From: Eukaryota sp. TZLM1-RC
Taxonomy: Eukaryota; Protista; Metamonada: BaSk clade
Length of the DNA stretch: 64,000 bases
NCBI GenBank assembly: GCA_040285825.1
Contig: JAUPSS010000003.1
Location: 124,001-188,000 of the forward strand
Direction of reading: 5' to 3'
Below, in pieces: positions 37,201 to 48,840 of the stretch (positions are counted from its first letter, which is position 1; each line of letters opens with the position of its first letter). The notes beneath the pieces are model-generated. The model searched no databases and had not been told where the DNA came from. It worked only from the letters and a program-made list of their open reading frames with translations. The translations under genes and the position numbers were made by a program.

Positions 37201-40200
37201 AACCAAGAGGTTCCAGCTCTGGCAGGCGCCCAAACAACAACGACGAGAAGGAAGCTCTACTCAACCGTCTTCCACTCAGTCTGATCCCAACGTCCAATGC
37301 AATTTCTGTAAACAAATGGGTCATCCGACTGAAAGGTGCCCTAGTGAGGACTGCCAAAGAAGCAAAAAGTGGAGAGAGCAACAAGCTCAACATCAAGCTC
37401 GAGGCAGAGGTTCTAGAGGTTCTGGTTTCCGTAGTCGAAGAGGCACTCGCGGCAGAGGCAGAGGCTCTTCATCATATAATAAACGTTCCCGTCACTATTT
37501 ACGCAGTTTTGAAACCATACCCCCTACAACTACAACAAATTCCCACACAGAAAACACAACATGGAAAGATTCCCTAATCGATCCTTTGTCCAACTTGGAA
37601 CATACCAAGACACACAACATTCAAGCTAATTTCTTCTCAGAACAAGCTGAATACGATTCGGATACAATATTCATGGTACAATCCATAAAGTCCACAACCA
37701 ACTGCCTTCAATTAAACTTCTCGATCAACAATGTCGAGGTTAAAGGAATAATCGACTCTGGCGCAACATGCTCAGTAGTCACGGAAGACGTCATCAGTAA
37801 TTGTAAAATGGCACGTTCCAACGAAACCATATCCTACAAGATTGCTGATGGAACTACCTCACAGTCCATTGGTACTGCTTCTGGAACCCTTAGTATTAGA
37901 CTAGGCTGTGTTACCCAGATTGTACATGTGAAACACAAGTTCAGCATCGTTCCTGGACATGAGACCATTCTCATTGGTACTGACTTGTTGAGTCACCTTG
38001 GGCTGATGAACAACAAGGGCATTTATATTAGAATGGACGACGCCTGTCGCACATTACTACTACCTGAAGCCGAATTCGACCATCGAATATCGCAAGCTTC
38101 AGAAGTCGTCAACGTTTCCACACGTTGGTTGGAACACATCAACTCATCTGGTTGTAACATCAACCTCGACAACGACCATTTCAAGAAGTCCCTACTTCAA
38201 ACTTTGAAAGAGTTCGAAGACGTATTTACCCTCAAGCCTCATGCTGAAGGTATTGATTGCCCTCCCATGGAAATCAACTTCTACAATGAAGACGTCAAAG
38301 TTAGAAGACCCCCAGGACCCTGAATCCAGCCAGGCTAGAGGTCGCTAACCAAATTTTCGACGAACTCGTAGACTCAGGATTCGCTGTCCCATCGAACCAT
38401 GAGTTCAGCTCCCCTGTCTGTCTTGTGGTCTACCCAGATCACCGCAAGCCCCGCCTTACTGGTGATTATAGTGGCAAGGACGGAGTCAACGCCAACATTA
38501 TTCCTGTTGAGCCCAACCTTCCAAGAATCTCCGACGTGCTGGTATTTCTCTCCCAAGCGAACTACATAGGCACCCTTGACCTCCCCAAAGCCTTTTGGCA
38601 ACTCAAAATTGCTGAAAAGGACTGGCAGAAAACAGCCCTGAGCATTCCCGGCAAAAGTATCATGTTTAAACGTGCAGCTTTTGGCCTAAAGAATGTCCCA
38701 GCCGTTTTCCAAAACGTCATGACTGACATCTTCTCTGGAGACGGTGTCTTCATTTACATAGATGACATCATAATCATAGGTTCAACCTTTGACGAATTCA
38801 TTGAACGCCTTCGTCGCGTCCTTGATCAAGCCAGATGCAAAAGAGTTTCCTTGGGACTTCCAAAGTGCCATTTCGTGTCTTCCAGACACCCAATCAAGAT
38901 ACTGGGCAGTGTTTTCCAAAACAAACAACGGACTATCGATCCCACTCGCGTTGAATCTTTGTTGAATCTACCTAGACCAAAGACAATCAAAGACGTCCGC
39001 AGCCTCGTAGGATCAGTCAACTTCATTAGAGAATGGCTTCCTCAGGTATCTGAGCTCATCGCTCCTATCATCAGATTGACTAAGAAGGATGGAAATAACT
39101 CCAACGTTAAACCCAAACCCCGCGCGCAACGCCTTCAATAAACCGACATGCACGACGGACTCCTTCAAAAGATCAAACAACTGATAGCGAAGCACATGCC
39201 GCTCAGCTTACCTCCCCTGGAAAACCAAATTTTAATTAGTTGCGATGCATCCGACATAGCTATAGGTGGCGTCATATGGGAACAAATCGAACAAGTCGAC
39301 GACCCCGGTACCCCCCTGATCAACAGGAAATGTAGGCCTATCAGCTTCTTCAGCCGGTTGTTAACCAACTCGCAAAAGAACTGGCCAACAAACCAAAAGG
39401 AACTCTATGCCATCCTGCTCATGTTAACTCAAAGTGGTTTTGAAAACTACTTGAAAGGAAGGAAACTGGTCATATTCACAGACCATCAAAACCTTACCTA
39501 CATGTTCACGGCTCCTGAGAAGAACAGAATTGTAACTAGATGGTTACCCATATTCTCTGAATTCTGCTTCGATTTGGTACATACCAAAGGGGAAGATAAC
39601 TTCTGGGCTGATATGTTGTCTCGAATAGTTCCGCATATAGACCATCAAGAGATCAATCATTTGTCCCATCAAACGTCTCCAAATTTTCATCCAATATTTT
39701 ACATTGATAAAATTGATGGAACAGAAAATGAAAGATACTACATCGAAGACTTAAACAACTTCGAACGTATCATGGTCATCAGAGAACGATGTTCCAACGA
39801 CCTGCCTATTTTCGAGCCATGGCTCTGTAGGATTAGGTCCAAACAGAAGCTTGCCATAGCCTCCAAAGACCCCTCTTTCAACAACTGTGTTCATAACAAT
39901 CATCTTGATTTATATATGACTCACAACAACAAGATAGTGATTCCCAAATCACTCATTAAGGACAACCTTAACTTGTTGCATGGACTTCTGCAAGGAGGCC
40001 ATCCAAGCAAAGCTGAAAGCCTGAACAAGCTCAGGAACAGCGATTATTGGTGGCCAAACATCCTCACCGACATGAATAAGCACGTCCAAGAATGCCCCTC
40101 CTGTCAGAAAACAAAGCCAGTTCCCAAACTGCACGTTCCCCCAACCGGTTCATTGTGGGCTGACAGACCTTTCGCTCGCGTCAACGCCGACGTTATTGGT

Positions 40201-41300
40201 CCTCTTCCATAAGATCAAGAAGGCTACAAATACATCCTCGTATTTATTGACAGCTTCTCTAGGTTCACGATCATCGTGCCTCTAAAAGAGATAAATGCCA
40301 ATCTTACTGCCGATGCATTAATCTGGAAAGTTTGTGCCATCTTTGGTATTCCATTTCAAATCCACAGCGATAATGGACCCGAATTTTCCAAGGCTGTCTT
40401 TGACGAACTAAGCAAATTTTTAGGCATAGAGGTGTCAAAGTCAATACCTAGGTTTTCTCCGTCCAACGGCCTGGTAGAGCGCCGACACAGAGACATCCTG
40501 CAAAACCTACGGAAATTGCTCGTAGACTTCAATGCCTACGATGTGTGGTCTGAATACTTGCCTTATGTGCAATTATTGATCAACTCTTCTAAGAGCTCAA
40601 TTACCAACCACACCCCATACCAAGTGATCTTTGGCTCAGATGTGTCTCCCAGATCAGACCCTGGCAAAATTCTTGAAATCATTGAAAGCTCGACGTCTGA
40701 GTCATCTTTTATTCAAGAAATTCAATCTAAATTTCGAAGATTGAAAGAGAAACAGGAAAAAGCAGCACACCATCAAGCTTCCAAAGCTTCCAAGCTAACT
40801 AGATCGTCAACTCCAAACCCTTTTGAAGTTGGTCAATTGGTATTGAGAGCATCTGGCTCTTCCGCTAAGCTTCATGGAGACTATTTAGGACCCTTCCTAA
40901 TTACTGAAATCGTATCCAATTCGTCTGTGAATATTAAGAATCTCTGCACAGGTACGATTGTCCAAGCTAGCGTCAAACATTTAGCACCCTGGCACTCCAG
41001 CTTGCCCACCAACGATGAGTTCCACTCCTTGTCGCTGCAGGTGATGTCGAAGAACACATCATTGAAAAAGTGCTCAGTCAGGAAGGTGACTTTTGCCAAG
41101 TGCAATGGCCAGGAAAAGAGATCACCACTGAGCATGTGTCTACAGTCCAAAATACTGCCGCGTATAAAGACTTTATCAAGACTTCAAAAGCACGTCGCCG
41201 TACTAAATCCGCTCCTCCCAAGAAGCGTAATAATTCCATTAGTTCACCTCCTGTGACTAGAGCTTCCAGGGCTCGTCGCTCGAAAGGGAGGAAAAGGCAG

Positions 41301-41454
41301 TGTTAGTCTTGAATAGTATTTATAGTTAATAGTTCAGTTATTAGTATTCCGCCTATTAGCTTAAGAAGAGAGAATACAATTCCTCTTCGTAATAAATTAC
41401 ACTTCTGTTACTCTACATTGTATGTCAGACAATAACCAACAGCCAAGACCATCA
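41301..41454 (+). repeat. 3' LTR
   Basis: Preceded by the PPT and followed by the TSD TTAC. Confidence 0.95.
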
Positions 41455-41595
41455 TTACTAGCAGCATAGTTGACTTGGTAGCCATTATTCAACAATGAAT
41501 CATTTAAACCCCATTCAGAACACTGGAAATCTCATCAAAAGTTTTCGCCGCTTGAACTCTTTGAATAACTTTCTTATGAGTTGACATTAAGTGAG

Positions 41596-41892
41596 TTAGA
41601 TTATATAAAAGAATATATATATGTTTATATATATAAATATATTATATATATTATAGTTTATATATATGTTTTCAGAGTGCTTTTTTAATAAATCATTCAA
41701 GGCTGAAGAAACAAAATACCTGGTATGTGGAGAAGAAGAAGCGTCGATGAGATAAATTAGCTGGGGAAGAGCTTCAGGGGATGATATTAAAGGATTAAGT
41801 TGTGTAGCAGCCTCATGATGATCTTGAGATGAGGCAGGTTCATAGAACTTCTTTGTTAGCTCATCGATTTGTGGTACGGCTGAAGGATCCAT
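41596..41892 (-). pseudogene. Exportin-7/RanBP16-like N-terminal fragment, cut off by a TA-rich tract
   Basis: QIDELTKKFYEPASSQDHHEAATQL...LIYLIDASSSPHTRYFVSSAL resembles the importin-beta N-domain of XPO7. The ORF runs into (TA)n at 41600-41668. Confidence 0.55.
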
Positions 41893-41914
41893 TAAAACAG
41901 ATTAATCTATTGTT

Positions 41915-42328
41915 AATGTTAACTGTTGTTTGAGTGATGAACAGGAATCTTTTCTAACTTATCGATTCTGGTATTTGTTACTCTCAAAAACGTATCAACC
42001 CCTCCAAAACAAACAAGATATTTTGCTGAGGTGAAAGCTTCAGTAATCATCAATACTTCATATCTATTTCTTTTGAGAAATTGAATCCATCCAATTGTTC
42101 GTGTAGGTCGTTGATGTTTCAAATTTTTAAAAACGTTTTTAACCACCCAGTAGTATTAAAGTGTCTTTTGGGTTGCCAGACTGCTGAACGAGGTTTTTCA
42201 ACAACCAACTTTCAGTCTTTTGCTTGTGAATAAAGGCTTGCATTTTATGAATGCTCCACAAGTCAAGATTGTGAGAGTCAATTGTCAAAAAAAATTGCCG
42301 AAGTTTGGCAACCACAAAGTAGGAAAAA
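41915..42328 (-). mobile_element. Fanzor family C fragment (bridge helix to RuvC-II/Zn finger)
   Basis: LWSIHKMQAFIHKQKTES..GNPKDTLILLG..LKHQRPTRTIGWIQFLKRNRYEVLMITEAFTSAK. Confidence 0.8.
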
Positions 42329-42329
42329 T

Positions 42330-42805
42330 CTATGAAAGTTGCTGAATTGTGTGTTGTTCTCTACCAATCAAGAGACATTTAGATGGGTTCAAAGTTGATC
42401 CAATTTCTTTGTATTTGCTGGCAATACCTTCAGAAGCTTTACAAATGCTTTCAAAAGAACCGATATTAAAAATGTTATGCATATAAGCAACAATACCTAT
42501 TTCCGGAAAATTTTTGTGGGTCATTTCAATAATTTTGTGAGTAGCCAAACAAAAGAGCAGATGGCCAAGAGCGTCGCCTGTTTCACACCAGAGGAAGATT
42601 CAAGGGTATATGAGTCAAAAATTAAATCCGAATTTTTTACATAAAAATATATAAATAAGCTGAAGGTTCGGGAATTTGCTGAAAAAGCACATCATAAATA
42701 CAATTACGCTTTACGGAATTGAAAGCATTTTCAAATACTAAATTAAAAATGTATTGATTTAAATGGCTATTGAACATCTGAAGTCATTAAAACAACAGAA
42801 GCACA
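42330..42805 (-). pseudogene. Non-LTR RT fragment
   Basis: FENAFNSVKRNCIYDV, SSGVKQ and IVAYMHN; close to 29000-29460. Confidence 0.8.
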
Positions 42806-43129
42806 GAGTTACATTTAGTTGTTTTGTTTTGGGTAAGATGATTAATTTAAATGTTGTTTTATTAGTTGTTTAATAAGCAAATATTATTTGAAAAAGTTAA
42901 ATTACCTTTTCAACTTTAATCAATTCATTACTTTAAGAAGTAAAGTGCACTAAAAATGTTAAAAAACAAAACATTTGCTTTGTATAAATTTTATATTCTT
43001 TTATATATATTCTTTTATTTATTTTTTTATGTTTATGAGATGCAGATCTTGTTGCCTCTTTGTTTTTGCTACCTTCTGCGTGTTGCAAGAATCTCTTTGT
43101 AACATTCACCTCATCCACCAGTCCTTCCC

Positions 43130-43390
43130 TGCTAAATAGGACGTAATCCTATGGGGAATAAAGATTCCGGTTTTAAAAGGAAAGGAAAGTGCCCATCTGA
43201 AGGTAAAAGTATAAGAAAAGTATTCATACCGTTTATCCTGTTTACTGAGTTAATGAGGCATTTACTTCAAAAAGATGTCACACCCATGCTAAAAAGGGTG
43301 AAATTGGAGAAAATGTAGAAACTTTATTGAAGTATGATGATCCAAACTTAACAAATAAATTGACCTCAATTAGACAGGAGATTCATGTCA
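43130..43390 (+). mobile_element. Fanzor family C-like fragment
   Basis: VILWG..GFKRKGKCPSEGKSIRKVF..VNEAFTSKRCH..VETLLKYDDPN across frameshifts. Confidence 0.6.
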
Positions 43391-43429
43391 GAAAAATGAA
43401 TCCAAAGCCTTCCACATCTAAAGGCCAAC

Positions 43430-45115
43430 ACCAATTACCCCATATCTTTTACAATTCTGGATTTCTTCCAGAATGCCCACAAGACAGGTCTCTTGTTTCT
43501 TTGTGGGAAAATTCTTTAGTGCCTTACAGAAATTCATTCAATCTTTTTCTCAATGCTTGGCTGCAATCTCAGAATTGTAATTTTATCAATAGAAAAGGGC
43601 TTTCTCCTTACCTTGCTTGTCGGGCTCGTCAATTGGCGTCTAACGTGAAGACAAGTTTACCTAAAATTTGTCAATCCTGGACAAAAAACTTTATTCGTGC
43701 TCATTGTAGAGCCCTGGATAAAACAAATGTCTTTGCAAATAATATTCTTTCACTTTTGCCAGATGAACCATTAGCCCAACCCGAGAAAGTAGTTGTTGAT
43801 TCTGTTCTTGAATACTACATCAATTTCAATTTGAATAATTCAAGAGAAAGATTCTTTTTATTAAATGTATGTAAGTTTATCTTGAATCTCCTTCAAAGAT
43901 TTCCTACCACTGCCTCCCTACTGTCCTCACATGATAAAATCACCTTTTCATCAAAGGAAATTGGTGAGCTTTTTTCTTCAATCTTGAAATTTCACAATAC
44001 TTACTCACTTTCTTTTCTCATATGCATTGCTGGAAGAAATTTGGAATAATACCTTTAGCTTCTCATAAATGTTCTAAATTTCATGAGGTACCTTCACATG
44101 TTTTCCAATCTGTGAAACAATTTCCAATTATTGAAAGATCATCTTCCAAAACAAAGTTTATCAAAAATACATGTCTAAAACGAATATTTAAACAATGTCC
44201 TTACCAAAAATTCAATATCAACAGAAAAAGTTTGAAAAATAGATTTAAAAAAATTTTATTGAAAAATAATGGTAATGAACTGCTTTTGACCTTTGAAGGT
44301 AAAAATAATGACTCAGAAAACACAGATGAGCTGGATGAACCACCGAAAAAGAAAAGAAGATCAAAAATGAAATGAAAAGTGACCCTAATGCCAACAAAAC
44401 CAGAGAAACACAGTTGAAGGGCACTAAAAAATGCCCCATCGAAGACGTAGAGAACCAGTCGAAATTTTACCTGAAATGCCCTTTATTGGCGTTAATCTTG
44501 GCCAATCAAGATTATGTGGTTACTTCTTAGATGATAATCAATGTGGAGTTATCCCTTGACCAACTGGCAGAAGATACATGACAAAACCTTCACCCAGCAA
44601 AACACTCTCCCAACCAATATTCCGTTCAAAATTTCAACCAATATTTGAAACATTGGAATTTGGTCAAGAAGAAAGTGTATTTGGAAAGTAATCGCCAGAA
44701 ATGGAAAATAATTAAATTTGATAACCGAAAAGAGAGACGGTTCAGAGAGAGTCTCCACAAATTTCAAAGGCTGGCCGGACATCCTGATAAACTCTACCTT
44801 GCTGTGGGTTCTGCTAATTTCCCTTCTCATTGCCGAAAAGTCAATCGATATGGATCAGCAAGGGCTTTCAGAAAATGGTTGTGTTATCAAAAGGATGTGA
44901 AGCACTTGTCAACCAGTGAATTTAATACAAGCAAACTGTCAAGTTGTTGCATGGCCGGGAATATTCAAGCAGGCTCATGGCAGATGCGTATTTGTACTGA
45001 GTGTCAAATAGTATATGACAGAGATATTTCCGCTGCAAAAAATATTCAAATTAAGAAGAAAGCCGAATTGTGCCCGGAAAGATACATTTGGCCAGAAGCT
45101 CTGTTGAGAAGATGA
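43430..45115 (+). mobile_element. Fanzor family B pseudogene
   Basis: REC-like RNSFNLFLNAW..ARQLASNVKTSL, RuvC-I PFIGVNLGQSRLCG (Asp replaced by Asn) near 44480, LYLAVGSANF, SEFNTSKLSSCC and CTECQIVYDRDISAAKNI. Confidence 0.85.
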
Positions 45116-45201
45116 ATAGGGAACGTGAGCATACAGAAACAAAAACTTTTGAAAAACTTTTGAGACCGATCTACAAATGCCTTAGTAGCATTTGGTAGAT
45201 C
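45116..45201 (+). ncRNA. Putative omega-RNA 3' part of Fanzor B
   Basis: Hairpin GATCTAC-AAATGC-(CTTAGTA)-GCATTT-G-GTAGATC at 45168-45201. It shares the AATGC..GCATTT core with the family-A terminal hairpin. Confidence 0.45.
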
Positions 45202-46100
45202 CACTTAGATACATCAAGTCGCGAGGCTTTGTTCTGTGAAAGCAGTAGGTGTATTCAAGTGATGTAGCCCATTGATGAAGATCATGATTGTCTTTGTCAA
45301 ATGATGCTACATGTCTCTTACAGTTTGTGAGTAGACATTGAGAAAGTTGAAAACAGGAGTGAATTTCACAGGGGAATGTATGATAAGTGAAATTCACAGT
45401 AGATTGTTGTGGTCTTAAGGCTAGTTTGAAGAGAGAAGAGGTGAGGAGAAAACGTTGAGATGCAGATATACCAACACCATGAGTGTCCCGTAATTAGGAG
45501 AGTGAAGTAGAGAGAAAGGGTACAGTGAAGAGGTTGAGGTGGGAACGAATGAGGGAAGAAGTGGTGGATGTAGGGGGAAGTGAGGCCTTTTGGAGCGCAG
45601 AGATGACACGTTTTATGTAGGAGTTAACAAAGTGTTGGAGAGACGGATCAGCATGAGAGGGGCGATGAGGTTGAGTAGTTTGGTTTTCTAGTAAGGATTG
45701 TTCTAGGAGTCAACATCTAAAGAAACAGCTTTACCAAAACTGGTCTAGATAGATTGATTGATTGGTGTTGAGGATGGATGAAATAGAAGTTGAATAGAGG
45801 TATGATCATGGTTGTAGGTCATTGAATAAGCAGATTCGTCTTGAAAAGTCCCAGTTGTGTGAAGTACGGACCTTTGAATGTTGAGATGAAAAACAAAGAA
45901 AAAGTATGATAAAGATGAATTTTGGATGATGAAACTGATGACAAACCATTTGAAACCCAATTACCAACATCAGTGACACAACATGCTGCTTTCAAGAGAG
46001 AAACACAACAGAAACCTGATGTCTCGATAGATGTACCTTTAATAAACTGTTTAAACAATCTTTATTTCAATATAGCAAATAGAAGAAAAGTTGTCGACAT
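45200..46100 (-). repeat. Unknown dispersed sequence X, divergent from and upstream of Fanzor A
   Basis: 45200-45400 is homologous to 61603-61780 (CKRHVASFDKDNHDLHQWATSLEYTYCFH vs CKKHVTVLDKNNHYLHHYVTSLEYTYCFH). Weaker patches match 9700-9885. Confidence 0.6.
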
Positions 46101-46162
46101 CGACACCAAATTTTGAAAATAACCCAAACTCAACAATCAATCATTTCTGATTGTCTGACACT

Positions 46163-48144
46163 ATGCCGTGTTCCGTCTGCCGGGCGGCCACCCACAACCG
46201 ACGTACTTGTCCTCAGAGACAAGTGTCATCACCAGATGATAATGGTTGGATTCCAGAAGCAGCGCACCACCCAAGTGCTGGCTTAAATGAGGGCGAAAGG
46301 CCACTCCCATTTGCAGTTCGCCCGCCACCAGACCCTCTCCCGTCTGCCACAACCACGACTGTGCATGTAAGCCTCCCAAGATTCTTTGCCTCTCGTGCTG
46401 CTCAAGCTATTGAGGCACAGCTTATTCACTTACGAGATGTTGCTTTCTATGCCACCTTATTGGCAAGAAAGCTTCTATTAGAATATCCGCATCTGTCCTG
46501 CTGGCTCGCTCACCGTCAATTCTGGTCGCAGTGCTTCGACTGCGTCACCCACAGTCGACCTAAAATTAGGGAGCCTTTCAAGAGCACTAACCCTGATGTC
46601 TATGAGGCTCTTACGCATATGACATCAAGTGCTACCTGGCCGTGGCCTCCGTTAGTAGAGGGCCAAGAACATCCACCCTTTTGTCAGGCTGCTCTTTTTA
46701 TCAATAGAGCTGTTCAACTCGAATCAGCTCACAGACAACTGCTGACCGATGGCCCTGTGACCTGGAAACTGAATTTCTTCAGGTCTATGGGTAAGCAGAT
46801 GGAGTGTCCTGCTCCATCAAAGTATGCCAGTTGTGTGGTTTCCGGTTCCACAATTTCTGAAAATTTAAGACAATGGTATGATGAATATCATTTTCATATT
46901 TCCAAAATTTGGAACCAAACAGTAACATCTAATGATTTGTATACGCGTGCCCTGAGGCGTGATGAATTGGATGTCACTGTTTATAATTGTTGGTTGATAA
47001 GCCATTGGGGATTGTCAATTTTACATCGTCTAGAAAGTACATGCCCAAATGTATTTCGAAGACATGCCTTATCCCCAATTGCCACCAAAGTTCCAGGGTT
47101 TGTTCCTTTTAATCAACAAGCTCTGGAATATTTCAAAAAATTGAATCCTAACCAACAATTATTACGGAACCCTTGTAAGTTTTTTAACAAGAAAAAATTA
47201 AAAACTTTCTCAGTTTCTAGCAATGGACTCTCATTGCGCTTCACTTTTTCAAAGAAACCCAAAAAGACGTGCACCAGGCGAAAAAATTCTGAAATTCAAG
47301 CATTGGGTCAAAGTCGTCCTTATTTCAGAGAGTCCACTAGAAAACGAAATAAGAGGCGAGCTAACCGACCGAGGAAAATTGCTAGACGGTCTCAAGATTG
47401 CTCGCAGGATCTGCCCATCAGAGAAGACCTTTTTTCGTGGCGGTTGATCCAAACCATTCAAATTTATGTGGTTGGACAACTGGACATTGTTCACAAGAGA
47501 ATAGGGTAATTGTTGAACAATCTGGAATTCTACTGAATCCGAAAGCAAAAGTAATTGATTTTCCCCAGCCACTCACTCAATCCTCTGTGAACACTTATTC
47601 CGTTGAGAGCTTCAACAGGTATCTCATTGAAATAGCTTCACTGATAAGGAATGATGAGCAGGAAACAATTTCTTTGGTTTCCCAAACATTGACCAATAGT
47701 ACAGAGAGAATTTTGAGACGAAATAAGTTTGATTTTGTGATAAGAAGACAAAAAAGGTTCATTCATTTTATTAACAAAATTAAGAGACTAGCTAATAACA
47801 GGGAAACTATTATTTGGTTTGGTAATGGTGGTAATGGACCTTCTCGACAATCCACCAAAGTCCCAACTAAGAAGTTTCTGACAGAAGTAAAGAAATACTT
47901 TGCCAATGTGAAGGTTGGAGATGAATACATGACATCTGCCAAAACCAATTGTTGCAAGGTACATCACAGGAAGGTGTATCATGAAGGCACTCGAAGAATC
48001 AATAATGCTTACTTTGAATGTCCTAGATGTGATGAACGCTGGTCTAGAGACATTTCCGCTTCAAGAAATAAGCTAGAGATTGCGATTTCTGAACATTTTA
48101 CTGGGATCAGACCAGAGACATTTAGAAGGGAGGTGAGAGAGTGA
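46163..48144 (+). CDS. Fanzor family A, copy A3: near-intact RNA-guided endonuclease (~660 aa if one T is restored at 47430-47435)
   Basis: N-terminal CSVCRAATHNRRTC knuckle, RuvC-I FVAVDPN, RuvC-II GDEYMTS, CC...CPRC Zn finger and RuvC-III SRDISASRN. A single frameshift falls in a T6 run. Confidence 0.92.
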
Positions 48145-48243
48145 TAGTTGTTTGTATCCATGTATTGCCTTCGGGCGCTGTGATCCTGAAAAGGAAACCG
48201 TATTAGGGAATGGAGGAATGCTACATGATGTATGCATTTCTGA
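48145..48243 (+). ncRNA. Putative omega-RNA scaffold of Fanzor A3
   Basis: GCC-TTCG-GGC (cUUCGg loop), TCCT-GAAA-AGGA (GNRA loop) and terminal GGAATGC-TACA-TGA-TGTA-T-GCATTTC. Shares the GTATGCATTTC end with A1 and A2. Confidence 0.8.
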
Positions 48244-48247
48244 TGAA

Positions 48248-48840
48248 CAGTGTTAGAATTCCGAACGTTCGGCCGAACTAGTTTTAGTTCATTTACACGT
48301 GTCAACACAGTTTTGTTTAAAAATGTTTTCCCAAATCCCTCTTTCAACTACTACAATAGATTTCATTGTTTAAAAATCTGTATTCATACATAAATCCCCT
48401 TCTTTACATCAACTTTCTTCAATGCCAAGGCACCCTGTTTACAAACTTCTGGACAACGTCAATTACGATAAAGTGTCCAAAAATATTACTTCACAGTGCT
48501 GCTGCAGTAAAATGCTAAAAGGTTCAGCCCGTCGCTTTTCCTCCCATTTCATTAAGAAGTATAGAGCTGAATATGCCTTATGTACTCAATTATCCACCAT
48601 TTATGTCAAGGATATAAACACTGTCCTAGGTTAATGACCTAGATTTAGATGTTGTAGAACTTTCTGAATAAAAGCTTACTTTGTTGGTTGATAGTGAGTA
48701 TAATAGTATAGGGAAGGAGAAGATAAACAGCGTTTTGATATTAATGAATCAAAACGAGATGCCGAACTAACCGAACGTATCAGTAGGTGCCGAACGTACG
48801 GCCGAACGTACGCCGAACTAGTTCAGTAATTCTAACATTG
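48248..48840 (+). mobile_element. Non-autonomous hAT element (MITE)
   Basis: TIRs CAGTGTTAGAATT / AATTCTAACATTG and an 8-bp TSD CTGATGAA / CCGATGAA. Subterminal CCGAAC repeats and an internal BED-finger relic MPRHPVYK..CCCSKMLKGSARRFSSHF. Confidence 0.88.

Larger units (their letters stand above)
34067..41454 (+). mobile_element. Full-length chromovirus LTR retrotransposon with several stops and frameshifts
   Basis: 154-bp TG...CA LTRs and a 4-bp TSD (TTAC at 34063-66 and 41455-58). Gag knuckle CNFCKQMGHPTERC, PR DSGA, RT YIDD, RNase H, HHCC/DDE integrase, chromodomain and PPT GAAAGGGAGGAAAAGG. Confidence 0.97.

Noticed and set aside
48760-48825. CCGAAC repeats resembling a mini CRISPR array
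   Set aside because: They are 6-10-nt subterminal repeats of the hAT MITE, with no spacers of CRISPR length.
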